Positions 48,501 through 56,715 of a stretch of 64,000 bases of DNA are shown here, in pieces. The DNA comes from Candidatus Epulonipiscium sp. (GTDB taxonomy: Bacteria > Bacillota > Clostridia > Lachnospirales > JAAYNZ01), in assembly GCA_012799415.1 (NCBI GenBank), contig JAAZLH010000161.1, positions 217 through 64,216 on the forward strand, written 5' to 3'. The notes beneath the pieces are model-generated. The model ran no database searches and was not told where the DNA came from. It was given only the letters and a program-made list of their open reading frames with translations. The stretch's first letter is position 1; every line of letters starts with the position of its first letter. Position numbers and translations under genes: made by a program.

Positions 48501-51212
48501 TTATAAAAGTATTCCTTGGTTTTTTGGTTGATAAAACAATATGCCTTCCTCAATACTATCTTCTACTTCATTAAACTGAAATAAAGAATAATAAAGTAGC
48601 CCATTGTTAATAAGGTCGTAGGAGTCTTCTTCCTTTGTTAATACAAATTCCATACGGTGATAGATGTCCTGTTCAATGATCGTACCATGCTGATTTTGTA
48701 AATAATACTCTATCTCTTCTTGATAAAATACAGGTAAACTTACTGTATATAGTCCCATCCCTATATAAATCATAGGCAATGAATGATACTTATCTTCTTC
48801 CTGATTTTTATAGTAGAACCAAAGACGGTCCTTAGAAGATGCAGTACATAAAAAAGAGACATTCTTTTCTATATACGAGATATATTGCGTTTTGTCTTTT
48901 ATATTATGAAGCCAAGGAAAATGAAGTTGATTCTGTATAAGTACAGGAATCATATAATCTATAACCTCATGGCTTTTTGATGTTTCTATCAATTGATATC
49001 CATAAGCCGCTAACAAAGCATAGCCTAAAAGCAACTGTGCTTTATCTTGTAAAAATAAAGATTCTAATATTTCTATTGTAGCGTTTTGTAACATTTGTTG
49101 CTGGTGCAAAATAAGATAAATGCAAAAAGATATAAGATCTTCAAACTTTCGTGATTTTTGATTTTTTTGATATGTTTGAATAAAGATTCTTTCTATATCT
49201 TCATTCCACTGCCGCGTAAGAACACTTTGTTGTAAAATCCTCCAAGCCAGAGGTTCTGTTAAAATTCCATAGGCATCTAGTTGAGATTTTAATTGAAGAA
49301 TTTCCTCTATAGCTCCAACAACTGATTGTTGAAGATCATCTACCCAATCCCCTTCTGTCATTCCCTGTGTCAATAAATACTTTTGCAAATATACTTTATA
49401 CGGAGAATTTATTTTTGCTTGAACACTTTTTTCTACTATTGTCAATATTTCTTTTCTCTCTAGCCAACTAATTCCTATTTTAGATAACCAAAGAAAAGCT
49501 TCTTCGAATTCTTTAGTATAAATCATAGTTCGAATACCCTCTTGAAGAGTTTCTAGCTGAAGACTCTCTAATGGTAATTGATCATAATATTCTTTTGCTT
49601 TCTTATAGTTCTTTTGTTTTGCATAATACAATGCTAGCCATTCTTTGTATTCATTCTGTAATTCTTCAGAAAGCCCGTGAATAGACAAGGTTTCTTCAAT
49701 ATATTGTAGCTCTTTAGAACTTATAAATTCTTTTTGCATACTATTTCGAGTTAATGCAATATGAAGAGGTAAAGAATGATATCCTTCTTTTACATAAATT
49801 TCTAAAAGATTCATCGGAATACGAGATATTATTTTCACCATGTTGTATTGAGGTGGCAGTATATCCCCCTTTTTACCTATACATAGTAATGAAGACGGTT
49901 CTGTACTAAGGATCGCCCACCCTTGTTTGTCTTTAATTGAAATTCTTTGACTTTCTGCCATATCCCTATTCTGTATGATAATGCTTTCTATCTCTGAAGA
50001 GCATACTTGAACATTATATAAAAATAAAAGATCCCATAAATAAGGAAGATCTTCCGTAGAGATTAATTCCTCTTCAATAAGCTTCTGATAGAGTGTACCA
50101 AAATAGATCCCTTTCTTATTCTGCTTAAGACATTGTTTTGCAAATGTAATAAAAGATTTTTGATTTTCTGCATATAGCAAACCATATATATTTAAGTTTT
50201 TTAAAACAACATGATATAAAAATGCCTTTAGCTCAAGGGGAAGCTGAGATCCTATCAGTTGACTCTGAATCAGAGAAAAAGGCAGGTCTTCAATCTTATT
50301 CTTATAAGCTCCTTGTAGATAATATCGTTCCATTTGATAACTATAAACCTGTTCTTCCCATGCTTTCCTATAGATTTCCATAGCCTGCATATGAGTACGT
50401 TCCTTATAAATATATAGTTTACATAAGGCATGAAGGATAGATCCCAAATTTGTTTTTTGATACCACTTATATAAAGCCCTTTCCCATTCATTACTACGAG
50501 GATAATTTTCTTTAGGTTGCTGTACAATCCAAAAGCAAAACTTTTCAATGACTTCTTTTGATATAAAGTCATAACGTATGCCCCATTGCACCCCTTTTAA
50601 TAAAATTGGGTTCATCTCATTTAATAAAGAAGGATCTGCCATCAATAGGGAATTTAATTCAATATATAGTAAGGAATAGCGCCCTCCTTTTTCATAAGAT
50701 TGATAAAGAACGTCTAAGGCTTGCTTTCGTTTTTCAAATATCATGCGCAAAATTCGCCCATTTAATACTAATAAAAAAGGATCATTGTTTGTTAATGCTA
50801 GCTGTTCTTCAAACTGTTTCCAATATCTCTTAAGCTTAAATGATTTTGCTGTATAAAAAGCATATAAACATTTAAGATATAGAAGAATTCCTCCTGCTCT
50901 TGGTGCTTCTTGAAAAAGCCTTTTTTTATCTTTTTCTATCGATTGTAATAAAATTTCTGCTTGTTCAAAATGATTCGTATCTAAATAAAGTTGAACAAGA
51001 GTTAAGCGTAGATTGATATTAACCGGATCGAACTGTATACTTTGTTTTACTTCCTCAATAGCCGCCAACAAATAATATGGGGAATGAAGGACTTCCATAT
51101 TGGCGGCTATCCAATATCGTCCGACTCTACAATAACGTCTTTTCCATCCTATTTCTTCAAATGGCCCCTGTTTTTCGCATTGTTCAATTAGGTATTCTAT
51201 CTTTTTTATCAT
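48501..51212 (-). CDS. Large (903 aa) predicted all-helical repeat protein of unknown function
   Basis: A continuous ORF with no catalytic motif recognised. TPR-like helical pairs are present (e.g. NYKKAKEYYDQL). Its ATG overlaps the upstream stop (ATGA). Confidence 0.6.
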   Translation of the reverse strand: MIKKIEYLIEQCEKQGPFEEIGWKRRYCRVGRYWIAANMEVLHSPYYLLAAIEEVKQSIQFDPVNINLRLTLVQLYLDTNHFEQAEILLQSIEKDKKRLFQEAPRAGGILLYLKCLYAFYTAKSFKLKRYWKQFEEQLALTNNDPFLLVLNGRILRMIFEKRKQALDVLYQSYEKGGRYSLLYIELNSLLMADPSLLNEMNPILLKGVQWGIRYDFISKEVIEKFCFWIVQQPKENYPRSNEWERALYKWYQKTNLGSILHALCKLYIYKERTHMQAMEIYRKAWEEQVYSYQMERYYLQGAYKNKIEDLPFSLIQSQLIGSQLPLELKAFLYHVVLKNLNIYGLLYAENQKSFITFAKQCLKQNKKGIYFGTLYQKLIEEELISTEDLPYLWDLLFLYNVQVCSSEIESIIIQNRDMAESQRISIKDKQGWAILSTEPSSLLCIGKKGDILPPQYNMVKIISRIPMNLLEIYVKEGYHSLPLHIALTRNSMQKEFISSKELQYIEETLSIHGLSEELQNEYKEWLALYYAKQKNYKKAKEYYDQLPLESLQLETLQEGIRTMIYTKEFEEAFLWLSKIGISWLERKEILTIVEKSVQAKINSPYKVYLQKYLLTQGMTEGDWVDDLQQSVVGAIEEILQLKSQLDAYGILTEPLAWRILQQSVLTRQWNEDIERIFIQTYQKNQKSRKFEDLISFCIYLILHQQQMLQNATIEILESLFLQDKAQLLLGYALLAAYGYQLIETSKSHEVIDYMIPVLIQNQLHFPWLHNIKDKTQYISYIEKNVSFLCTASSKDRLWFYYKNQEEDKYHSLPMIYIGMGLYTVSLPVFYQEEIEYYLQNQHGTIIEQDIYHRMEFVLTKEEDSYDLINNGLLYYSLFQFNEVEDSIEEGILFYQPKNQGILL

Positions 51213-52465
51213 ACGTCACTCTCCTGATCTTCTAGCTTTATTACTGAATGAAGTGGATCAGTCTGGGTACCTACGATCAGTGGAATTATTTCTTGTACCC
51301 TTTTTTTATGTATTTGGGTTTGTACAGTAATCGTAACCTGTTGGAACAACCGGTTACTTGAAAACATCTGGCTCATCCATTTATCCCAAGATGTAAAACG
51401 AACACTAAAGGGAATGCGTGCTTGTTTTGCAATTAAATACTTTTTGGCCTCAAAACGAACCCAAGAAACACTGGGACGTATATGAATCATCAGGTCTTCT
51501 CCTGTATAATTTGTAATGATAAGCTCTCCCTTATCTTCTTTTTCAAAGCTTTTTTGTGACAAACGGTACTCTAGTTCCTTTCTCTTTACTACGTTCACTT
51601 CATAAACTAATGTCTGATACTGAGTTTCTATGATTAGTACACCTGTTTCATATTTTTTTCCAACAGTAGTAGGAATGATACGAAAAGGAATGTATGCTCG
51701 CCCTTGCTGGTCAAAATCCTTATTGGTTAGGCTTTCTTTCCATAGTTGAATCCAATCTACAGTCGTATAAACCTTGGCTTGTACAAATCCCCATTCTTCT
51801 TGTTGTACTTCTACTACATAATCCACATCTTTAGTCTGTCCTGGTATCAATCGAATATTAGTTTTTGAAGCTGCAAGGGCTAATTGACTAGGTTTTTTAA
51901 CCCCAGATCCAACAAGAAAAGCTTCTATAGCTGTTTCAGGCGAAAAGGATTTTTTAACATATTGATATAGTGAAATAAAAGATTGATGTTGGACTTGATG
52001 AAGCCAATTTAAAAACTCTTCACTATTAAATTTTGTAACAGATTCCTCCCAATCAGTTTTTGCCAATTGAGCAAACTCTTCTATACTAGTCCACCCTATG
52101 AATCTATCTTCTGCCCTTTCTTCTAATGCTTCTATAGTAATTAAAATTGGAAGAAAAACTTCTCCTCCATTTGACAAAATAGTAAAAGATGTTTTATATG
52201 TTTTTCCTATTTCCATTCCCATAGTGTCAACACGATAGATACAAACTTGTTTATTTTGTTCCCATGTTGTAGTATTGCATTGTATATAAGGATCAGGGCA
52301 GAAAATTTGCCCTCTTAACTCTCCTCCCCCTTGGTTTGTAATCGTAAGGGCACCTGTATAAATAGTATGAGGGGTAAGGGATAAATTTATTTCTAAAGTT
52401 GATAGTTTTATTATAGGTAAAGGCTCCTCATAATTAATCATTTTAATTTCATTGGAAAATTTCAT
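51209..52465 (-). CDS. 418-aa protein of unknown function, first gene of the multi-Hsp70 operon (beta-sandwich-like ends)
   Basis: Continuous ORF with a AAGGAGGGGA RBS. The N- and C-terminal segments have alternating beta-strand patterns (TGALTITNQGGGELRGQIF; GELIITNYTGEDLMIHIRPS) reminiscent of Ig/PapD-like folds. Confidence 0.6.
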   Translation of the reverse strand: MKFSNEIKMINYEEPLPIIKLSTLEINLSLTPHTIYTGALTITNQGGGELRGQIFCPDPYIQCNTTTWEQNKQVCIYRVDTMGMEIGKTYKTSFTILSNGGEVFLPILITIEALEERAEDRFIGWTSIEEFAQLAKTDWEESVTKFNSEEFLNWLHQVQHQSFISLYQYVKKSFSPETAIEAFLVGSGVKKPSQLALAASKTNIRLIPGQTKDVDYVVEVQQEEWGFVQAKVYTTVDWIQLWKESLTNKDFDQQGRAYIPFRIIPTTVGKKYETGVLIIETQYQTLVYEVNVVKRKELEYRLSQKSFEKEDKGELIITNYTGEDLMIHIRPSVSWVRFEAKKYLIAKQARIPFSVRFTSWDKWMSQMFSSNRLFQQVTITVQTQIHKKRVQEIIPLIVGTQTDPLHSVIKLEDQESDV

Positions 52466-52517
52466 TTTTATCCCCTCCTTTTATCGGTCTCTATTTTCTC
52501 CATATTAAGGTACTATT

Positions 52518-52546
52518 ATTGTACTCTACAATTTTTTTTCCTGCAA
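52518..52546 (-). promoter_or_regulatory. Candidate sigma-A promoter of the multi-Hsp70 operon
   Basis: On the minus strand: TTGCAG, a 17-nt spacer, then TACAAT, about 50 nt upstream of the ATG at 52465. Confidence 0.5.
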
Positions 52547-52599
52547 CCATGCATAAAGAGATTATCTAGTTTCTTCTTAGGACACTATGGTAATTAATA

Positions 52600-52628
52600 T
52601 TGACTTATTTCATAAAGCCTTATACTAT
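52600..52628 (+). promoter_or_regulatory. Candidate sigma-A promoter of the divergent aminotransferase gene
   Basis: TTGACT, a 17-nt spacer, then TACTAT, about 45 nt upstream of the ATG at 52673. Confidence 0.5.
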
Positions 52629-52672
52629 TAATATAGGAGTGTGTAAAACCAACTTATAGAAAAGGTGATTAT

Positions 52673-53773
52673 ATGTCTGATAAAAAACAAGTATATCATG
52701 GGAGTGATATTGAGCTCATAGAAAAAGCATATGGAGTCCCAAAAGAAAAAATAATAAATTTTAGTGACAATGTAAATCCTTTAGGCGTATCTGACACTGT
52801 AAAACAAAAGCTGGCATCTAATTTAGATTTAATTTCTACTTACCCTGACCGAAATTATACAGCTTTACGTAAAAAAATAGGGGCCTATGTTCATGGGGAC
52901 CCTGAAAATATTATGGTCGGCAACGGTGCTACAGAGCTGATTTCTATTTTAATACAAAATCTTCAGCCTGCCAAAGCAATTGTTGTAGGCCCTACCTATT
53001 CTGAGTACGAGAGAGAGATCAGGCTTCAAGGCGGACAAGTTCAATACTATGGACTCTCTGAGGAGTTGGATTTTCAAGTGGATAGTGATCATTTAATCAC
53101 TCATATTTCTTCGGCTATCGGACTATTAGTTATTTGTAATCCAAATAATCCAACCAGTTCTTCCTTTTCCCAAAAAGATTTAGTAAAGATTTTGGATCAT
53201 TGCAAAGAAACAAATACTTTTGTCTTAATTGATGAAACCTATATGGAGTTTGCCCAAAATCAGGAAGAGCTAACAGCCATTCCCCTTCTAGGTACATATG
53301 ATAATTTCATGGTATTACGAGGAGTTTCTAAATTTTTCTCTGCACCAGGTCTCAGACTTGGATATGGTCTTTGTTCTAATACTACTTTGCTTGAATCCAT
53401 TAATCAGCAGAAAAACCCTTGGACACTAAATACACTAGGCAGTTTTGCTGGTGAAATCATGTTTGAAGATGAAGCATATATCCAAAAAACCTATTCCTTA
53501 ATTCAAGAAGAACGTACAAGAATTTATGAAGAATTACTAACTTGGCCCGAAGTTCATGCATATCCACCTACTGCAAATTTTATTTTGTTAAAAATAAAAA
53601 AGAAACATATCAACACGACAAATGTTTTTGAAAAACTGATTAGAAAAGGATTCTTAATCCGAGATGCTAGCAGTTTTAACTTTTTAGATCAGCGCTTTAT
53701 ACGTTTTTGTTTTAAAATGCCAAAGGAAAACGATCAGCTGCTTCTGGCATTAAAAGAAATCTTAACTAGATAA
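52673..53773 (+). CDS. Class I/II PLP-dependent aminotransferase (CobD threonine-phosphate decarboxylase / HisC-like)
   Basis: 366 aa. Contains YHGSD...INFSDNVNPLG (CobD-like N-terminus), ICNPNNPT, and the PLP-lysine context RGVSKFFSAPGLRLGY. Confidence 0.75.
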   Translation: MSDKKQVYHGSDIELIEKAYGVPKEKIINFSDNVNPLGVSDTVKQKLASNLDLISTYPDRNYTALRKKIGAYVHGDPENIMVGNGATELISILIQNLQPAKAIVVGPTYSEYEREIRLQGGQVQYYGLSEELDFQVDSDHLITHISSAIGLLVICNPNNPTSSSFSQKDLVKILDHCKETNTFVLIDETYMEFAQNQEELTAIPLLGTYDNFMVLRGVSKFFSAPGLRLGYGLCSNTTLLESINQQKNPWTLNTLGSFAGEIMFEDEAYIQKTYSLIQEERTRIYEELLTWPEVHAYPPTANFILLKIKKKHINTTNVFEKLIRKGFLIRDASSFNFLDQRFIRFCFKMPKENDQLLLALKEILTR

Positions 53774-53805
53774 TCAAAAAGGTGATATTTTTTAAGGAGG
53801 ATTTT

Positions 53806-54216
53806 ATGTTTAAATGGAAAGAAAACTTAAGTTGTGGTATTGAAGAAATTGATAATCAACATAAACAATTGTTAAAACTAGGTTCTGAATTATACGACAT
53901 TTTCAAATTAGATGATGAACATGATAAATATGATGACATTATGGAAATCCTATCTAAATTAGCAGATTACACAGTATACCATTTTGGATATGAAGAGCAA
54001 TTGCTTGAAACCTATGAATATCCTAATTTAGAAAGCCATAAAAAACAACATCAAGTATTGGTCGTTAAAATTCAAGATCTCCTAAAACAAGATATTGATT
54101 CTAAGCAATCTAGCATTACAATGGATCTTATGATGTTCATTGCAGATTGGATTGAAAGGCATATACTAGGTTCTGATCATCAGTATGCATCTTTCTTGAT
54201 AGAAAAAGGAGTTTAG
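53806..54216 (+). CDS. Hemerythrin-like (bacteriohemerythrin) metal-binding protein
   Basis: MFKWKENLSCGIEEIDNQHKQL, then H...E and HKKQH, then WIERHILGSDHQY His ligands. The ATG at 53806 follows AGGAGG. Confidence 0.8.
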   Translation: MFKWKENLSCGIEEIDNQHKQLLKLGSELYDIFKLDDEHDKYDDIMEILSKLADYTVYHFGYEEQLLETYEYPNLESHKKQHQVLVVKIQDLLKQDIDSKQSSITMDLMMFIADWIERHILGSDHQYASFLIEKGV

Positions 54217-54304
54217 CAATTACACAATTTGTCCTTTCTTTCATATAATGATAAGGAATAATTCTGTTGAGGGTTATATTATCTAGAAAGAAAGGATGAA
54301 TATT

Positions 54305-55570
54305 ATGCCTGAAAATCGTTATCCTGCAATGAATCTTCCATCTCGCGGACAATTATCTGTATCTGTACGTTCTCTAGGAGAATTTCTTCCCTTACAAGAT
54401 GCAACTGTTACTTTGCGAGCCACAGGTGTAGAAGGTTCACCTTTAGAAGTATTAACAACTGATATCTCTGGTCAAACCCCTACCATTGACCTACCCGCTC
54501 CTTCTTTAGAATATAGCTTAGAACCAACTGATAATCAGCCTTATTCTGAATATACAATCCAAGTTGAGCGTGAAGGTTTTACTCCTTTCACCGTCAAAGG
54601 AATCCAAGTTTTTCCTAACACTTTAGCCTTACAAGATGCTGAACTTGCTGTTCAACGTACAACTACTCCGGCAGAAAATCTATTAGTGATTCCACCAAAT
54701 ACTTTGTTTGGAGAATTCCCACCCAAAATACCTGAGGCTGAAATAAAACCTGAACCCCCTCCTACTGGTTATGTTGTTTTAGATTATCCTGTTATTCCTG
54801 AATTTATTATCGTACATGATGGTGTTCCTGATGATGCTTCTGCTCCTAACTATTATGTACCTTACCGTGATTATGTTAAAAACGTAGCTTCTTGTGAAAT
54901 TTATTCAACTTGGCCTGCGGCGACTATTCGAGCCAATGTTTTAGCTATATCTTCTTTTGCGCTTAATCGTATATTTACAGAATGGTATAGAGGAAAAGGA
55001 AAAAATTTTAATATAACCACTTCTACTGCCTTTGATCAAAAATATGTTCACCAACGTAATATTTATAAAGAAGTTTCTCAAGTTGTAGACGAAGTTTTTG
55101 CTAATTATATTTCTCGCCCAGGGATCCGGCAACCCCTTTTCACCCAATATTGTGATGGTAATCGGGTTCAATGTCCAAACTGGATGACTCAATGGGGATC
55201 TAAAACCTTAGGTGATCAGGGGCTACCTGCTTTAGATATTCTGCGTCACTTTTATGGATCTGATGTCTATTTAAATACAGCAAACCAAATCTCTGGTGTA
55301 CCTTCTTCCTTCCCTGGATATAACTTGCAAGTTGGATCTAGCAGTGCTCCTGTTAGGACGATTCAAGAACAACTTAATGCTATTTCCAATAATTACCCCG
55401 CTATTCCTAAATTACGCTCTGATGGAATCTTTGGTCAGCTCACGAAAGAAGCCGTAGAAACTTTCCAAAAAGTATTTAACTTACCTGTAACAGGTATCGT
55501 AGACTATCCCACTTGGTATAAAATTTCCGATATTTATGTGGCTGTGAAGCGTTTAGCAGAACTTCAGTAG
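54305..55570 (+). CDS. sleC: Spore cortex-lytic enzyme SleC (pre-pro form) with a C-terminal peptidoglycan-binding domain
   Basis: Long collinear similarity to clostridial SleC as I recall it (PPKIPE..KP.PPPTG.VVLD.PV.PEFI.VHDG.P.D.SAPNY, IYSTWP, FTEWYR, QYCDG...QCP..MTQWGSK.LGDQG). The C-terminal PG_binding_1 region is RTIQEQLNAISNNYPAIPKL..DGIFG. Confidence 0.85.
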   Translation: MPENRYPAMNLPSRGQLSVSVRSLGEFLPLQDATVTLRATGVEGSPLEVLTTDISGQTPTIDLPAPSLEYSLEPTDNQPYSEYTIQVEREGFTPFTVKGIQVFPNTLALQDAELAVQRTTTPAENLLVIPPNTLFGEFPPKIPEAEIKPEPPPTGYVVLDYPVIPEFIIVHDGVPDDASAPNYYVPYRDYVKNVASCEIYSTWPAATIRANVLAISSFALNRIFTEWYRGKGKNFNITTSTAFDQKYVHQRNIYKEVSQVVDEVFANYISRPGIRQPLFTQYCDGNRVQCPNWMTQWGSKTLGDQGLPALDILRHFYGSDVYLNTANQISGVPSSFPGYNLQVGSSSAPVRTIQEQLNAISNNYPAIPKLRSDGIFGQLTKEAVETFQKVFNLPVTGIVDYPTWYKISDIYVAVKRLAELQ

Positions 55571-55590
55571 CTCATTCACATACAGTGATA

Positions 55591-56583
55591 TTATACTGTT
55601 TGGTATAGATTTTTTTCAAATAATCTTTTAATCTCTTTTTGATCCGAAGTGATACTCAAAATGAGCATTAACTTAATCCTTGCTTTTTGGCCAGATAGAC
55701 TATCTCCTAAGATAACCCCCATCTCCCGCAACTCTCTACCGGCTCCTTCGTATCCGTATGTGTCTAATACTCTACCCATAGGACATCTAGAAACTAAAAC
55801 CACAGGGATGTTATGATCAATGGCATAACCTACTCCTTCTAGCATCTGGGGCGGTAAATTACCACGCCCCATACCTTCGATAACAATTCCTTTACACCCC
55901 GTATCTACACAATATTTTAGCAAGGTCGAATCCATCCCTGCTACTGTTTTAACCAAGGCTACTTCATCGACAATATGATCAGTTTCTATATACTGTCTTT
56001 TTTTAATATCTCTATAATAAATGACTTGATCCTGATCTACAATACCTAGAGGGCCAAATTCCATACTTTGAAAAGTATCTAGATTCAGTGTATGGCTTTT
56101 GGCCACTTCTGTTGCTGCATTTACTTGGTTATTCATAACAACCAGGACTCCTTTATCTCTTGATTCTGGAGATAATACAGTACAAATAGAGGCAGCTAAA
56201 TTTGCCGGTCCATCAAAGCCTAATTCTGAGCTACTTCTCATAGCTCCTGTAACAACTACCGGCTTAACTGAAGATATGGTTAAATCTAAAAGATATGCTG
56301 TCTCTTCTAGAGAATCAGTTCCATGTGTGATGACAACTCCTTCTATGTCTTCTCTTGCTAACAACTGTTTTGCTTGCCTCCCAATCTCAATCATAATCTG
56401 TGGGGTTACATGGGGTCCAGGATAAGCACCAAAATGAAAAGATTCTACTTTAGCTATTTTTTCAATCCCTATAACTTTTTCCATAATCTCTGCATCAGAT
56501 AAGCCTGGAATCACAGCCTTTAGTTTTTCGTCAACTACCATTGAAATGGTTCCACCTGTAAAAATAACGCCTACTTTTTTCAA
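55591..56583 (-). CDS. ansA: Type I L-asparaginase
   Basis: VIFTGGTISM (the catalytic Thr motif) and HGTDSLEETAY. I place the start at TTG 56583, after AAGAGGG. The track start adds a spurious hydrophobic leader. Confidence 0.85.
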   Translation of the reverse strand: MKKVGVIFTGGTISMVVDEKLKAVIPGLSDAEIMEKVIGIEKIAKVESFHFGAYPGPHVTPQIMIEIGRQAKQLLAREDIEGVVITHGTDSLEETAYLLDLTISSVKPVVVTGAMRSSSELGFDGPANLAASICTVLSPESRDKGVLVVMNNQVNAATEVAKSHTLNLDTFQSMEFGPLGIVDQDQVIYYRDIKKRQYIETDHIVDEVALVKTVAGMDSTLLKYCVDTGCKGIVIEGMGRGNLPPQMLEGVGYAIDHNIPVVLVSRCPMGRVLDTYGYEGAGRELREMGVILGDSLSGQKARIKLMLILSITSDQKEIKRLFEKNLYQTV

Positions 56584-56715
56584 TCTAAAACCCTCTTTCT
56601 TTTGTAAACATATATAAGTACTTATTATGAAGTAATTTAGCTTATGAATGTATATAAACATAGATATCATTGCAACTACATAATAACATAGGATCTGTTT
56701 CTTTCCTATCCTACA

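Noticed and set aside
37209-52465. Whether the Hsp70/GrpE-like cluster is simply the housekeeping hrcA-grpE-dnaK-dnaJ heat-shock operon.
   Set aside because: No HrcA, J-domain (HPD) protein or CIRCE inverted repeat is present upstream. There are four Hsp70 paralogues of non-canonical length, one of them degenerate. The GrpE-like domain is only the tail of a 619-aa protein.
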